Below, in pieces: positions 1 to 10,322 of a DNA stretch of 64,000 nucleotides. Origin of the DNA: Clostridia bacterium (lineage in GTDB: Bacteria; Bacillota; Clostridia; Oscillospirales; CAG-272); the NCBI GenBank assembly GCA_017502875.1, contig JAFVUF010000017.1:32772-96771 (forward strand), given 5' to 3'. Numbering within the stretch: position 1 is the stretch's first letter; each line of letters begins with the position of its first letter. The notes under the pieces were generated by a model. That model saw nothing but the letters and a program-made list of their open reading frames with translations, was not told the DNA's origin and searched no databases. Position numbers and translations under genes: made by a program.

Positions 1-1037
1 TCCTCCTCAACGTATTCCTTTTCGTAAATAGTAAGAGGGGGAAGAAGACGCAGACGTTCTGCGGTCATCTGTATTAGTGTGTCAATATTATGCAGAGTTG
101 CGGCGGAAACGTAAATAAGCTCATATCCCTTTTCATCAATATAGCTCTCAAAAGCTTCAAGATCGATAAGCTCAGGGTCGAACGCGTCATATTTGTTTGC
201 CGCGATAATTCTCGGACGCCTTGCAAGCTCAGGACTGTATTTTTCAAGCTCAGCGGTTATCGTTTCGATATCCGCAATAGGATCTGTGCTTTCTATTCCC
301 GAAATATCAACAACGTGAATAAGCATTCTGCAACGGTCAATATGGCGAAGAAAATCAAGACCAAGCCCCGCGCCCTCAGCCGCGCCTTCAATCAGTCCGG
401 GGATATCGGCGCAAACAAAACCTTGGTTTTCACCGTAGCTTACAACACCGAGGTTAGGGGATAGCGTTGTGAAATGGTATGCGGCAATTTTAGGACGAGC
501 TGAGCTTATAACGGAGAGAATAGAGGATTTACCTGCGCTTGGAAGTCCGACGAGTCCAACGTCCGCAAGCATTTTCAGCTCCAAAACGACCTCTTTTTCC
601 TCGCCCTTCATTCCCATTTTTGCAAAACGGGGGATCTGACGCGTAGGAGTTGCGAAATGTCTGTTTCCCCAACCGCCTCTGCCGCCCTTACAGAGAATGA
701 AATCCTCACAGTTCGACATATCCTTGATTATCTGTCCGCTTTGCGCGTCTCGAACAACGGTTCCGGGAGGTACTGGAAGAATAACGTCGTCAGCAGTCGC
801 TCCGTGCTTTTTACCTGCTATTCCGTCGCCGCCGTTTGCGGCAACGAATTTCTTTCTGTTTTTATAGGCAAAGAGAGTATTGCTACCGTTCTCTATACGC
901 AGAACGATGTTTCCGCCTTTGCCTCCGTCTCCGCCGTCAGGACCGCCGTGGGAAACGTATTTTTCTCTGTGAAAAGAAACGCAGCCGTTTCCGCCGTTTC
1001 CTGCCTTGACGTATATTTTAACCTTATCTATAAACAA
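1..1037 (-). CDS. obg: GTPase Obg (3' end runs off the window)
   Basis: Reverse-strand translation from TTG at 1037-1035 reads LFIDKVKIYVKAGNGGNG (Obg glycine-rich fold). Around nt 520-570 it reads LADVGLVGLPSAGKSS (P-loop). GAGGTG SD lies just upstream. Absent from the ORF track because no stop lies inside the window. Confidence 0.85.
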   Translation of the reverse strand, partial: MFIDKVKIYVKAGNGGNGCVSFHREKYVSHGGPDGGDGGKGGNIVLRIENGSNTLFAYKNRKKFVAANGGDGIAGKKHGATADDVILPVPPGTVVRDAQSGQIIKDMSNCEDFILCKGGRGGWGNRHFATPTRQIPRFAKMGMKGEEKEVVLELKMLADVGLVGLPSAGKSSILSVISSARPKIAAYHFTTLSPNLGVVSYGENQGFVCADIPGLIEGAAEGAGLGLDFLRHIDRCRMLIHVVDISGIESTDPIADIETITAELEKYSPELARRPRIIAANKYDAFDPELIDLEAFESYIDEKGYELIYVSAATLHNIDTLIQMTAERLRLLPPLTIYEKEYVEE

Positions 1038-1113
1038 TTATATCACCTCATTAACTGATAATATATGCAGATTAATGATAATTAAATCAGAAAATATCAA
1101 AACCAGCACATTT

Positions 1114-3108
<1,995 letters not shown>

Positions 3109-3159
3109 CTACATATATATTATAACACAGCTTAAATTAAAAATCAAGATTTTTTACAT

Positions 3160-3196
3160 TAAAATGTAAAAAATCCGCAACATAGGTTGCGGATTT
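3160..3196 (-). terminator. Rho-independent terminator after rplA
   Basis: GC-rich hairpin AATCCGCAAC-ATAG-GTTGCGGATT (3172-3195), followed on the minus strand by a T-run. An adjacent AT palindrome TTTTTACATT/AATGTAAAAA is also present. Confidence 0.7.
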
Positions 3197-3224
3197 TTAA
3201 AACGTAAATTAATTTGTATTCAAA

Positions 3225-3914
3225 TTAACCAAGCTTTGCAGCGTTAACCTTGATGCCGGGGCCCATGGTAGAAGCTATTACGCAGCTCTTGATGTACTGA
3301 CCCTTAGCAGCTGCGGGCTTTGCCTTGATAATAGCGCCCATAAGAGTGTTGAAGTTCTCAGTGAGCTTCTCAGCGCCGAAGGAAGCCTTACCGATAGGGC
3401 AGTGAATGATGTTGGTCTTGTCAAGACGGTACTCAATTTTACCTGCCTTAGCTTCGGTAACCGCGCGGGCAACGTCCATAGTAACGGTACCTGCCTTGGG
3501 GTTAGGCATAAGTCCCTTAGGTCCAAGGACCTTACCGAGACGACCGATAACACCCATCATGTCGGGAGTAGCGATAACAACGTCGAACTCGAACCAGTTC
3601 TCTTTGGTAATCTTCTCAACGAAGTCAACGCCGCCAACGTAGTCAGCGCCTGCCTCCTTAGCAGCAGCGTAGAGGTTCTCCTTACAGAATACGAGGGTAC
3701 GAACAGTCTTACCGGTTCCGTTAGGAAGAACAACCGCGCCTCTGACCTGCTGGTCAGCATGACGGGAGTCAACACCGAGACGTACGTGAAGCTCGATGGT
3801 TTCATCGAACTTAGCCTTAGCGGTCTGGCAAACGAGAGCAAGAGCCTCGTTGCTGTCATACTGCTTGTTCTTTTCAATAAGCTTTAAGCTTTCATTATAC
3901 TTCTTGTTAGCCAT
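3225..3914 (-). CDS. rplA: 50S ribosomal protein L1
   Basis: 229-aa ORF with typical L1 sequence ([13 protein letters not shown]..., [19 protein letters not shown]). Confidence 0.97.
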   Translation of the reverse strand: MANKKYNESLKLIEKNKQYDSNEALALVCQTAKAKFDETIELHVRLGVDSRHADQQVRGAVVLPNGTGKTVRTLVFCKENLYAAAKEAGADYVGGVDFVEKITKENWFEFDVVIATPDMMGVIGRLGKVLGPKGLMPNPKAGTVTMDVARAVTEAKAGKIEYRLDKTNIIHCPIGKASFGAEKLTENFNTLMGAIIKAKPAAAKGQYIKSCVIASTMGPGIKVNAAKLG

Positions 3915-3934
3915 TTCTCATTACCTCCCTTAAA

Positions 3935-4360
3935 TCACTCTTCGACAGTGATACCCATGGAACGTGCGGTTCCGGCTATCATGCTCATTGCGGTTTCGAT
4001 GGAAGCAGCGTTGAGGTCGGGCATCTTTGTTTCAGCTATCTGGCGAACCTGCTCCTTAGTAATGGAAGCAACCTTAGTCTTGTTAGGCGCGGCAGAAGCG
4101 GTCTCGATACCTGCAGCCTTCTTGATAAGAACGGGAGCAGGGGGAGTCTTGGTAATGAAAGTGAAGGAACGGTCAGCGTAAACCGTGATAACGACGGGGA
4201 TAATAAGACCCATCTGGTTCTTGGTTCTCTCGTTGAATTCCTTAGTAAATACGGGGATAGCTACGCCGTGCTGACCAAGAGCAGGTCCTATAGGCGGCTG
4301 GGGTGTTGCTTTACCTGCGGGTATCTGAAGCTTTATATACCCGGTGATCTTCTTTGCCAT
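3935..4360 (-). CDS. rplK: 50S ribosomal protein L11
   Basis: 141-aa ORF starting [33 protein letters not shown], the canonical L11 N-terminus. Confidence 0.97.
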   Translation of the reverse strand: MAKKITGYIKLQIPAGKATPQPPIGPALGQHGVAIPVFTKEFNERTKNQMGLIIPVVITVYADRSFTFITKTPPAPVLIKKAAGIETASAAPNKTKVASITKEQVRQIAETKMPDLNAASIETAMSMIAGTARSMGITVEE

Positions 4361-4456
4361 TTTAAAAATCCTCCTATGTGGTTATTAATTCGGGAGACTT
4401 TCTCTCCCTCCCACGTAATAATGCGGTTTTTAGTACTCCGCAAAACTGATTTAGCA

Positions 4457-4984
4457 TTAGATAATGCGCTCGATCTGATTTGATTTGAGATCGACGGGAG
4501 TGCTTCTTCCAAACATGGAAGCGAGAACCGTAACAGTCTTCTTATCGTCGGATATAGACTGAACGACTCCGGAGTAGTTAGCGAGAGGACCGTCAATAAT
4601 CTTAACGGAGTCGCCAACCTCATAATCAAGAGTTACCACGGAAACCTCGATTCCCATTCTCGAGACCTCCTCGTCCGTAAGCGGAACCGGCTTGGAACCG
4701 GGGCCAACGAAGCCTGTAACACCCGTTATGTTTCTTACGACGTGCCAGTTAGCATCGTTCATAAGCATTTTTACGAGAACGTAGCTGGGCATAAGCTTTG
4801 CCTCGTACTCTTTATCACCGTCCATGCGAATTTCAACAGGAACAACGACGTCAACAATCTCGTCCTGAAGCTCGCGGTTTTCGATAATCTTTTCGAGGTT
4901 AGCCTTTACCTTGTTTTCGTATCCCGTGAAGGTGTGAACCACATACCAACGTATCTCTGGGATTGCATCGTTGAAATCACTCAT
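4457..4984 (-). CDS. nusG: Transcription termination/antitermination factor NusG
   Basis: 175-aa ORF with an NGN domain (WYVVHTFTGYENKVK) and a KOW motif (VGDSVKIIDGPLANYSGVV). It sits in the conserved secE-nusG-rplK order. Confidence 0.95.
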   Translation of the reverse strand: MSDFNDAIPEIRWYVVHTFTGYENKVKANLEKIIENRELQDEIVDVVVPVEIRMDGDKEYEAKLMPSYVLVKMLMNDANWHVVRNITGVTGFVGPGSKPVPLTDEEVSRMGIEVSVVTLDYEVGDSVKIIDGPLANYSGVVQSISDDKKTVTVLASMFGRSTPVDLKSNQIERII

Positions 4985-4999
4985 CTTTAATCACCTACA

Positions 5000-5365
5000 T
5001 TAAAAGAGATTAGCGAGCGCTTCGAGTCCGTTAGAGAAACCGAAGTCGAGCAAGCCGATAGCGATAGCGGCGACAGCCATAACAACCAGAACCAACAGTG
5101 TGCTTGTAAAGGTCTGCTTGCGGCTGAACCAGGTAACCTTTTTGAGTTCACTCTTCATTGTTTTCCAGAATCTCTTCAAAAGAGAACCGATACGGGCGAA
5201 GAAGCCCGGCTTCTTTTCATCCTTTGATTTCTTCTCGGATTTCTTTGCTTTCTTATCGTCTGCGCTTACGTCAGACACGGAATCGGTAGTCTCGATAGCT
5301 TCCTCGGTTACTTCAGTAGCCTCGGTTACCTCGGACTCCATATCCTTCATTTCTTTATCTGCCAT
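5000..5365 (-). CDS. secE: Preprotein translocase subunit SecE with a long charged N-terminal extension
   Basis: C-terminal 60 aa match SecE (ELKKVTWFSRKQTFTSTLLVLVVMAVAAIAIGLLD). The first ~55 aa are low-complexity E/K/S/T-rich. Its position between rpmG and nusG fits. Confidence 0.85.
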   Translation of the reverse strand: MADKEMKDMESEVTEATEVTEEAIETTDSVSDVSADDKKAKKSEKKSKDEKKPGFFARIGSLLKRFWKTMKSELKKVTWFSRKQTFTSTLLVLVVMAVAAIAIGLLDFGFSNGLEALANLF

Positions 5366-5377
5366 TATTTCCCCTCC

Positions 5378-5527
5378 TTATTTGGTTTCTTTGTGGGGAG
5401 TGTGCTTGCGGCAGAAACGACAGTACTTGCTCATTTCGAGTCTGTCAGGATCGTTTTTCTTGTTTTTCGTAGTATCGTAATTGCGCTGCTTGCATTCCGA
5501 ACATGCCAAGGTTATTTTTACTCTCAC
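5378..5527 (-). CDS. rpmG: 50S ribosomal protein L33
   Basis: GTG start at 5527 is preceded by AGGAGG 9 nt upstream and gives (M)[48 protein letters not shown], 49 aa. The longer 75-aa track ORF is an upstream read-in. Confidence 0.9.
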   Translation of the reverse strand: MRVKITLACSECKQRNYDTTKNKKNDPDRLEMSKYCRFCRKHTPHKETK

Positions 5528-5634
5528 TTGGTTGCACCTCCTGGATTTTTGATTGAAACGGTAAATACCGTTTTTATTCTCCCTCAGTGGAAAAAACTTG
5601 CACACAAAAAAAGCCTCTCCACAGAGGTAAATCT

Positions 5635-5663
5635 ATTGTATCACAACTATTTTGTTTTGTCAA
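5635..5663 (-). promoter_or_regulatory. Sigma-A type promoter for rpmG-secE-nusG
   Basis: On the minus strand: TTGACA (5663-5658), 17-nt spacer, TACAAT (5640-5635). Confidence 0.55.
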
Positions 5664-5752
5664 TAGTTTTTGTAATATTTTTTATATTTTTATTTTATAT
5701 AGATAATGTAGCATTTACAGAAAAATTTATTGAAAAAATTTCAAAAAAAGTA

Positions 5753-5780
5753 TTGACAACATAGAAAAGTCGTATATAAT
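5753..5780 (+). promoter_or_regulatory. Near-consensus sigma-A promoter reading into the 5.87-6.5 kb ORFs
   Basis: TTGACA (5753-5758), 16-nt spacer, TATAAT (5775-5780). Confidence 0.5.
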
Positions 5781-5869
5781 GTTCCTTAATTATGAAATAT
5801 GAGAAATTCGTATATTCATAATAATAAATTTAAAAAGGTCGGAAATGCCGACCAAGGAGGAAAAAGAAG

Positions 5870-6169
5870 ATGACAGCAGCGGTGGATGAGCAGTATATGC
5901 AAGCCTACATGAAGGGCTATATGGAAGGGATTAAGGCCGAGCGAGGTGAGGCTGAAAAGCCTTACCTCGACGTCGAGGATGTTCGCGCCCGGTATGGCGG
6001 CATTGGAAAGCCCAAGGCGTTTGATATCATGAATGCAGTGAGGCATTACTGTAACGGCGGTAAGCTAAACCACAACGGAATGATATTACGCTCTGAGCTT
6101 GAGTATTGGGAGTCCATAGTGGAGAAGCGGTATATTGAGCGTCTTGGTGATAACAGAAAGACAAGATAG
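5870..6169 (+). CDS. Small hypothetical protein, possible HTH/excisionase-like protein from a mobile-element remnant
   Basis: 99-aa ORF with AAGGAGG SD 7 nt upstream. Local GC rises abruptly at ~5838 relative to the AT-rich intergenic DNA. No family assigned with confidence. Confidence 0.45.
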   Translation: MTAAVDEQYMQAYMKGYMEGIKAERGEAEKPYLDVEDVRARYGGIGKPKAFDIMNAVRHYCNGGKLNHNGMILRSELEYWESIVEKRYIERLGDNRKTR

Positions 6170-6219
6170 TCCGTCTTGATGAAAATGCGGCAAGGAAGCT
6201 CATCGGCAAGATAAAGGAT

Positions 6220-6501
6220 ATGAAGGCGGCGATAAAGTCGCTGGAAAGCAAGGAGTCAAGAGAGAAATATCTTAGACTCAGGGAAGCTGAAAAGCTGTTC
6301 TTGCAGGCGGCTGAGCAGTCCGGAAATGTAGACATTGCGAGATATATTCAAAGCGACCTTGAGGATGAGGAAGAAAAAGAGGTACAGGCGGCGTATATAA
6401 ATAAAGAAGAGCTTACGCATGTCTCTGCATCTGACCAAGTCAGCCGCCAGCTCACGTCCGAAACGTTGCATACTTCTCGCTCTTCTAATTTTAGAACATA
6501 A
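6220..6501 (+). pseudogene. Fragmentary ORF of a mobile-element-type gene family, paralogous to 46339-46590
   Basis: The open frame extends upstream to 6154 without a canonical start. It shares EKYLRLR(E/K)AEKLFLQAAEQSGNVD(I/L)ARYI with the ORF at 46339-46630 on the opposite strand. Confidence 0.35.
6271..6349 (+). repeat. 79-nt repeat, copy A (inverted partner at 46542-46620)
   Basis: CTTAGACTCAGGGAAGCTGAAAAGCTGTTCTTGCAGGCGGCTGAGCAGTCCGGAAATGTAGACATTGCGAGATATATTC matches the reverse complement of 46542-46620 with 2 mismatches by hand alignment. Confidence 0.9.
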
Positions 6502-6544
6502 AGGTGTACAACAAAAAAACTTAGTGGTAAAAGCTACAGTCATA

Positions 6545-6585
6545 CAAAAAACCGACCTCATTTTTGAGGTCGGTTTGCGATTTTT
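6545..6585. terminator. Bidirectional terminator hairpin
   Basis: ACCGACCTCA-TTTT-TGAGGTCGGT (6551-6574) is flanked by an A-run upstream and T-rich sequence downstream. It sits between the convergent 6220-6501 ORF and pfk. Confidence 0.7.
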
Positions 6586-6645
6586 AATTGACAAATGCTT
6601 ATTTTGTGATATAATAAAAACAGTTAAATAAGTTATTGACTCGTT

Positions 6646-7881
6646 TCAGAGCTTTGGGAAAATATAGTGCATCGGTATTCCGTTATCATACAGTGGCTTG
6701 GTTTCGCCGACTATCAGCGGGCGCAGATAAGCAAGTCCAGCCTCGGTTATACCGTTTCCGTCATTATTTATATACTCGCTTGGCACTGACTTTACCATGT
6801 TTGCGATAGACTTTATATCAAACGTCTTGTATTCGGTTTCATAGGGTTCATCGCTTTTTCTGACGATACCAGCCATTACACCGGTTTCGCCGCATAAAGC
6901 GCGCTCAACAGCGTAAGAGCCTACGCCAAAGCTTTCGGTAATATCGGTAAGTGAGCCGATATGTGAAGCGCAACGCTGAGGAGTATTAAGCTCAACTGAA
7001 CGCACCTTGCAGCCGAATTTGTCCTTAATTCTGCGCTCAAGCACCTTTGCGGCTCCCGATAGCTGAACGTGCCCGAATTTGTCAAGATTTGTGGAGTCCG
7101 CGCCTATATACGTTCCGTCAGCAAGACGGACACCCTCAGAAACAGCAATCAGGACATCGGGGTGGCTTTCCCATACTCTTTCGATATCTTTATATACTTT
7201 TTCGTATGATAAGGGAAGCTCAGGGAGATAAATAAGGTCAGCTCCCTCGGTATATTTTGTCTTGGAAAGAGCTGACGAGGCTGTAAGCCAGCCTGCGTCT
7301 CTGCCCATTACCTCAACAATTGTAACGCATTTTTGCGTATAAACCGCGGTATCACGGCGAAGCTCGGCAAAAACTGTTGCAACGTACTTTGCGGCAGAGC
7401 CAAATCCTGGGGTATGATCGGTACCGCATAGGTCGTTATCAACCGTCTTAGGTACACCGATGACGTTAATATCAACGCCATGTTCCATTGCGTACATCGA
7501 CACTTTTGCAGTGGTATCCATAGAGTCGTTTCCGCCTATGTAGAAAAAGTAGCCGATTTCGTACTTTTTAAGCAAAGCAAAGAGGCTTTCGTAGAACCTT
7601 GCGTCCTCATCAGGCTTAGGAAGCTTGAAGCGACAAGAGCCGAGCGCCGCGCCCGGAGTGTTTGTAAGAAGAGCAAGGTCGGTATCGTTTCCGTCAAAAA
7701 GCGAAGTGAGGTCGTAAAGACGCTCATTCATAAAGCCCGCTGCGCCGTTTGCCATACCGTAAACCTTACCTATTTCGCTTGACTTTACAGCGGCGTTAAT
7801 AACACCCGCAAGAGAAGCATTTATAGCGGCTGTCGGACCTCCTGACTGACCTACCACCGCGTTATTTCCGTATCTTATCAT
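6646..7881 (-). CDS. 6-phosphofructokinase, long PFK-A family form (phosphoryl donor ATP or PPi not resolved)
   Basis: 411-aa ORF with GQSGGPTAAINASLAG, IGGNDSMD, PKTVDNDL and MGRDAGW. The GGNDS variant does not let me assign ATP versus PPi by eye. Confidence 0.85.
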   Translation of the reverse strand: MIRYGNNAVVGQSGGPTAAINASLAGVINAAVKSSEIGKVYGMANGAAGFMNERLYDLTSLFDGNDTDLALLTNTPGAALGSCRFKLPKPDEDARFYESLFALLKKYEIGYFFYIGGNDSMDTTAKVSMYAMEHGVDINVIGVPKTVDNDLCGTDHTPGFGSAAKYVATVFAELRRDTAVYTQKCVTIVEVMGRDAGWLTASSALSKTKYTEGADLIYLPELPLSYEKVYKDIERVWESHPDVLIAVSEGVRLADGTYIGADSTNLDKFGHVQLSGAAKVLERRIKDKFGCKVRSVELNTPQRCASHIGSLTDITESFGVGSYAVERALCGETGVMAGIVRKSDEPYETEYKTFDIKSIANMVKSVPSEYINNDGNGITEAGLAYLRPLIVGETKPLYDNGIPMHYIFPKL

Positions 7882-7978
7882 TAGTACATTTCCTTTCGGT
7901 GAATTTACTTTTACTCATTATATCATATATCCGTAAAAAAAGCAATAATATTTTTGATTAAAGAATGGAGAACTGAAA

Positions 7979-8599
7979 ATGGCTGAAAATATCCAAAGGG
8001 ACGCTATATATAAATTAAGCTATGGCGTTTATGTGCTGACTACTCGCAGCGACGGAAAGGATAACGGCTGCATAATTAATACAGCAATGCTTGTGTCTGA
8101 AAAGCCATACCGTATGCTCGTAAGCGTAAATAAACAAAACTATACTTATGAAATGATCAACAAGAGTAAAGTGCTTAACGTTTCTGTTTTAAATGATAAT
8201 ACATCGTTTGAATTGATAAAACGCTTTGGATTTACAAGTGGTAGAGATACTAACAAGTATATAGACCTTGATGGCTGGGAACGCGCCGAGAACGATGTAA
8301 CCTACGTTACAGAGAACGCGATATCATGTCTTTGCGGTAAGGTTGAGCAGGTTATTGACGTTGGTACGCATGCTGTTTTCATATGTGAGATTACCGAGGC
8401 GTTCAGCTTTGGAGACGGTGAGCCGCTGACGTACGCTGAGTATCATAAGAGCGTAAAACCTAAGCCTGAGGCTAAAAAAACTGATAAGAAAACCTACGTT
8501 TGTTCAATATGCGGTTATGAATACGAGGGCGAAAGTCTACCTGAGGATTTCGTTTGCCCTTGGTGTAAGCACGGCGCTGACGCTTTTGAGCTTAAATAA
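7979..8599 (+). CDS. Flavin reductase-like domain fused to C-terminal rubredoxin (high-molecular-weight rubredoxin type)
   Basis: 206-aa ORF. The N-terminal ~160 aa resemble the flavin reductase fold. The C-terminus YVCSICGYEYEG...FVCPWCKHG carries the rubredoxin CxxC...CxxC motif. Confidence 0.8.
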   Translation: MAENIQRDAIYKLSYGVYVLTTRSDGKDNGCIINTAMLVSEKPYRMLVSVNKQNYTYEMINKSKVLNVSVLNDNTSFELIKRFGFTSGRDTNKYIDLDGWERAENDVTYVTENAISCLCGKVEQVIDVGTHAVFICEITEAFSFGDGEPLTYAEYHKSVKPKPEAKKTDKKTYVCSICGYEYEGESLPEDFVCPWCKHGADAFELK

Positions 8600-8646
8600 C
8601 ACTGCGTTCTATTGTAGAATAGTGAATATCTTTCAATATTATTAAT

Positions 8647-8685
8647 GCAAAGCGGGCTGTCGCGTTTCGCGACAGCCCGCTTTGC
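8647..8685. terminator. Perfect 18-bp-stem palindrome downstream of the rubredoxin-fusion gene
   Basis: GCAAAGCGGGCTGTCGCG-TTT-CGCGACAGCCCGCTTTGC. No clean T-run on either side, so terminator function is uncertain. Confidence 0.4.
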
Positions 8686-8826
8686 GTTAGGGCTCGGCGG
8701 ATTTAGAGCGAAAATCGGTGATTTTGACCCGTTAGGCGTACAATACGTCGAGGGTCAAAAGCGACGGTATAAAATGACTTAAATAAAATTCGGATTTCGT
8801 AGAAATCCTACCTTGTAACACACAAA

Positions 8827-8862
8827 AGAGGAGCTTTACACTAAAAGCCCCTCTTTTTCTTT
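8827..8862. terminator. Hairpin with T-run between convergent genes
   Basis: AGAGGAGC-N12-GCCCCTCT is followed by TTTTTCTTTG on the plus strand. It lies 58 nt downstream of the minus-strand AraC gene stop. Confidence 0.5.
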
Positions 8863-8911
8863 GTTATTTTGTCATTTTCGGTTACGCCTAAATGCGATAT
8901 CCCCTTTTATG

Positions 8912-9934
8912 TTAGTCAAGAATAAATGTCTTTTTCTTTTTCTTGGGTGTCTGAACAGGCTCTGGAGCTGCATCAGTGGGCTTAGCAGCCTTTGTTCTCG
9001 TTCTCTTGGGCTTAGGCGCAGGCTGTTCTTCAATAATTATGGGAGTTTCAATAAGCGCAGAGACTATTTCAACGTTTTCAAGAGATACGTCGGAATTAAC
9101 AATACCCTCGATACCGTCTATCTCAACAGGAACAGGCTTTGGAGCAGGAGTAACGAACTCGTCTCTGCCTATACGGTAGTTTCTGGGAGACTGACCTGTG
9201 CTGTCTCTGAAAACTCTATTGAAGGTACGCTGGTTTTCAAAGCCTGATGCCTCGTATATTTCTGCTACCGGAATATCTGTTGAACGGAGAATGCTCTTGG
9301 CGCACTCAACTCTGAGATTATTGAGGTATTCCTTGAAACCAATACCAAGCTTGTTAGAGAAAAGGTGAGAAAGATGGAATCTGCTGACTCCCATTGCCTC
9401 TGCAAGCTGGTCAAGAGAAATCTGCTCTCTGAAGTGTATACTTAAATATGTAAGAACTCTGTTGGAAAGGTCAGAGGTAACTCCGTCGTGTATCTCCGCA
9501 AAGCGAAGCTTTGAGGTTACTATGCTTACCATGAGGTGTATCCAGCTGTGAGCGATATTTTTGTCGCGCTCCGTTGAAAGAGCTGAGAGAGCGTAGAGAA
9601 GCTGACTTGGGACGTTTATCGCTTTCAGTACAGGCGAGGCAGGACGCAGACCGCTATATCTCTTTATAATGTCCGTGATAAGCTCACATTTAATATTAAT
9701 AACGTAGACAACCGTGTTCTCGCCATCCGGAATTATGCAGTGAAGCATACTTGGCATAATAAACACAAAGTCGCCCTTCGTGAGCTTATACTCAAGCGTT
9801 CCGGTTGTAAGAGCCGCCTCTCCTTTTTCAATAAACAGTAATTCGGCTGAAGTATGAAGGTGCGGCTGAATACGCATTCCTTCCACCTTTTGCAGGCGCA
9901 ATGCCTCAATCGGATTTTCACAGAACGAATTCAT
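8912..9934 (-). CDS. AraC family transcriptional regulator with cupin N-domain and a Pro/Lys-rich C-terminal tail
   Basis: 340-aa ORF. It has a cupin-like N-terminus, an AraC HTH (LDQLAEAMGVSRFHLSHLFSNKLG...GQSPRNYR), and then ~90 aa of low-complexity tail ending PKKKKKTFILD. Confidence 0.85.
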   Translation of the reverse strand: MNSFCENPIEALRLQKVEGMRIQPHLHTSAELLFIEKGEAALTTGTLEYKLTKGDFVFIMPSMLHCIIPDGENTVVYVINIKCELITDIIKRYSGLRPASPVLKAINVPSQLLYALSALSTERDKNIAHSWIHLMVSIVTSKLRFAEIHDGVTSDLSNRVLTYLSIHFREQISLDQLAEAMGVSRFHLSHLFSNKLGIGFKEYLNNLRVECAKSILRSTDIPVAEIYEASGFENQRTFNRVFRDSTGQSPRNYRIGRDEFVTPAPKPVPVEIDGIEGIVNSDVSLENVEIVSALIETPIIIEEQPAPKPKRTRTKAAKPTDAAPEPVQTPKKKKKTFILD

Positions 9935-10098
9935 TTTTAAGTTTCCTCATTTCACTATTTCGTATATTTACAACTTGTATTATAGCACAATTTTTTGCTA
10001 ATTGCAATAGAAAATTGCTATTTTTTTATTTTTTTCTTATTTTTTGTCATTTTATACCGCAATTTGATGATGATTTATGCCTGAAAATTAATTTTGTT

Positions 10099-10147
10099 TG
10101 TGAATATTATTTAGTGTTATGCAATGAATATTAATTAAATATGCAAT
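10099..10147. promoter_or_regulatory. Candidate ArgR/AhrC operator (ARG-box-like AT-rich dyads)
   Basis: TGTGAATATTATTTAG and AATGAATATTAATTAAAT resemble TNTGAATWWWWATTCANW. ATGCAATG is repeated 21 bp apart. The site lies ~100-150 bp upstream of the argG promoter. Confidence 0.3.
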
Positions 10148-10249
10148 GTTTTTTAGTACGAATATAACAAGGTTTACAGATTTTTTATTGGTTATATATG
10201 TTTAAGTATACAAAAAAGAAAAAGTATTCGATTATTTTCTGCAAAGCAC

Positions 10250-10277
10250 TTGACTTTTTTCGAAAAATATGTATAAT
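10250..10277 (+). promoter_or_regulatory. Sigma-A promoter of the argG operon
   Basis: TTGACT (10250-10255), 16-nt spacer, TATAAT (10272-10277). Confidence 0.55.
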
Positions 10278-10322
10278 AATTCATAAAGAAAAATGTGTAA
10301 AAACGTGAGGAGAATAAATAAA

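Noticed and set aside
90-1058. Plus-strand ORFs 90-464 and 657-1058
   Set aside because: They are antisense to a clear Obg reading frame on the minus strand and have no SD or recognisable motifs.
3402-3887. 161-aa plus-strand ORF and other ORFs overlapping rplA/rplK
   Set aside because: They are antisense or alternate-frame shadows of highly conserved ribosomal protein genes.
5528-5605. N-terminal 26-codon extension of the L33 ORF
   Set aside because: L33 is about 49 aa. The GTG at 5527 has a perfect AGGAGG SD, and the extension has no homology to L33.
5838-6585. Intact prophage or ICE
   Set aside because: There are only two small or fragmentary ORFs. No integrase, recombinase, relaxase or att-like direct repeats are visible. 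It is treated as a remnant.
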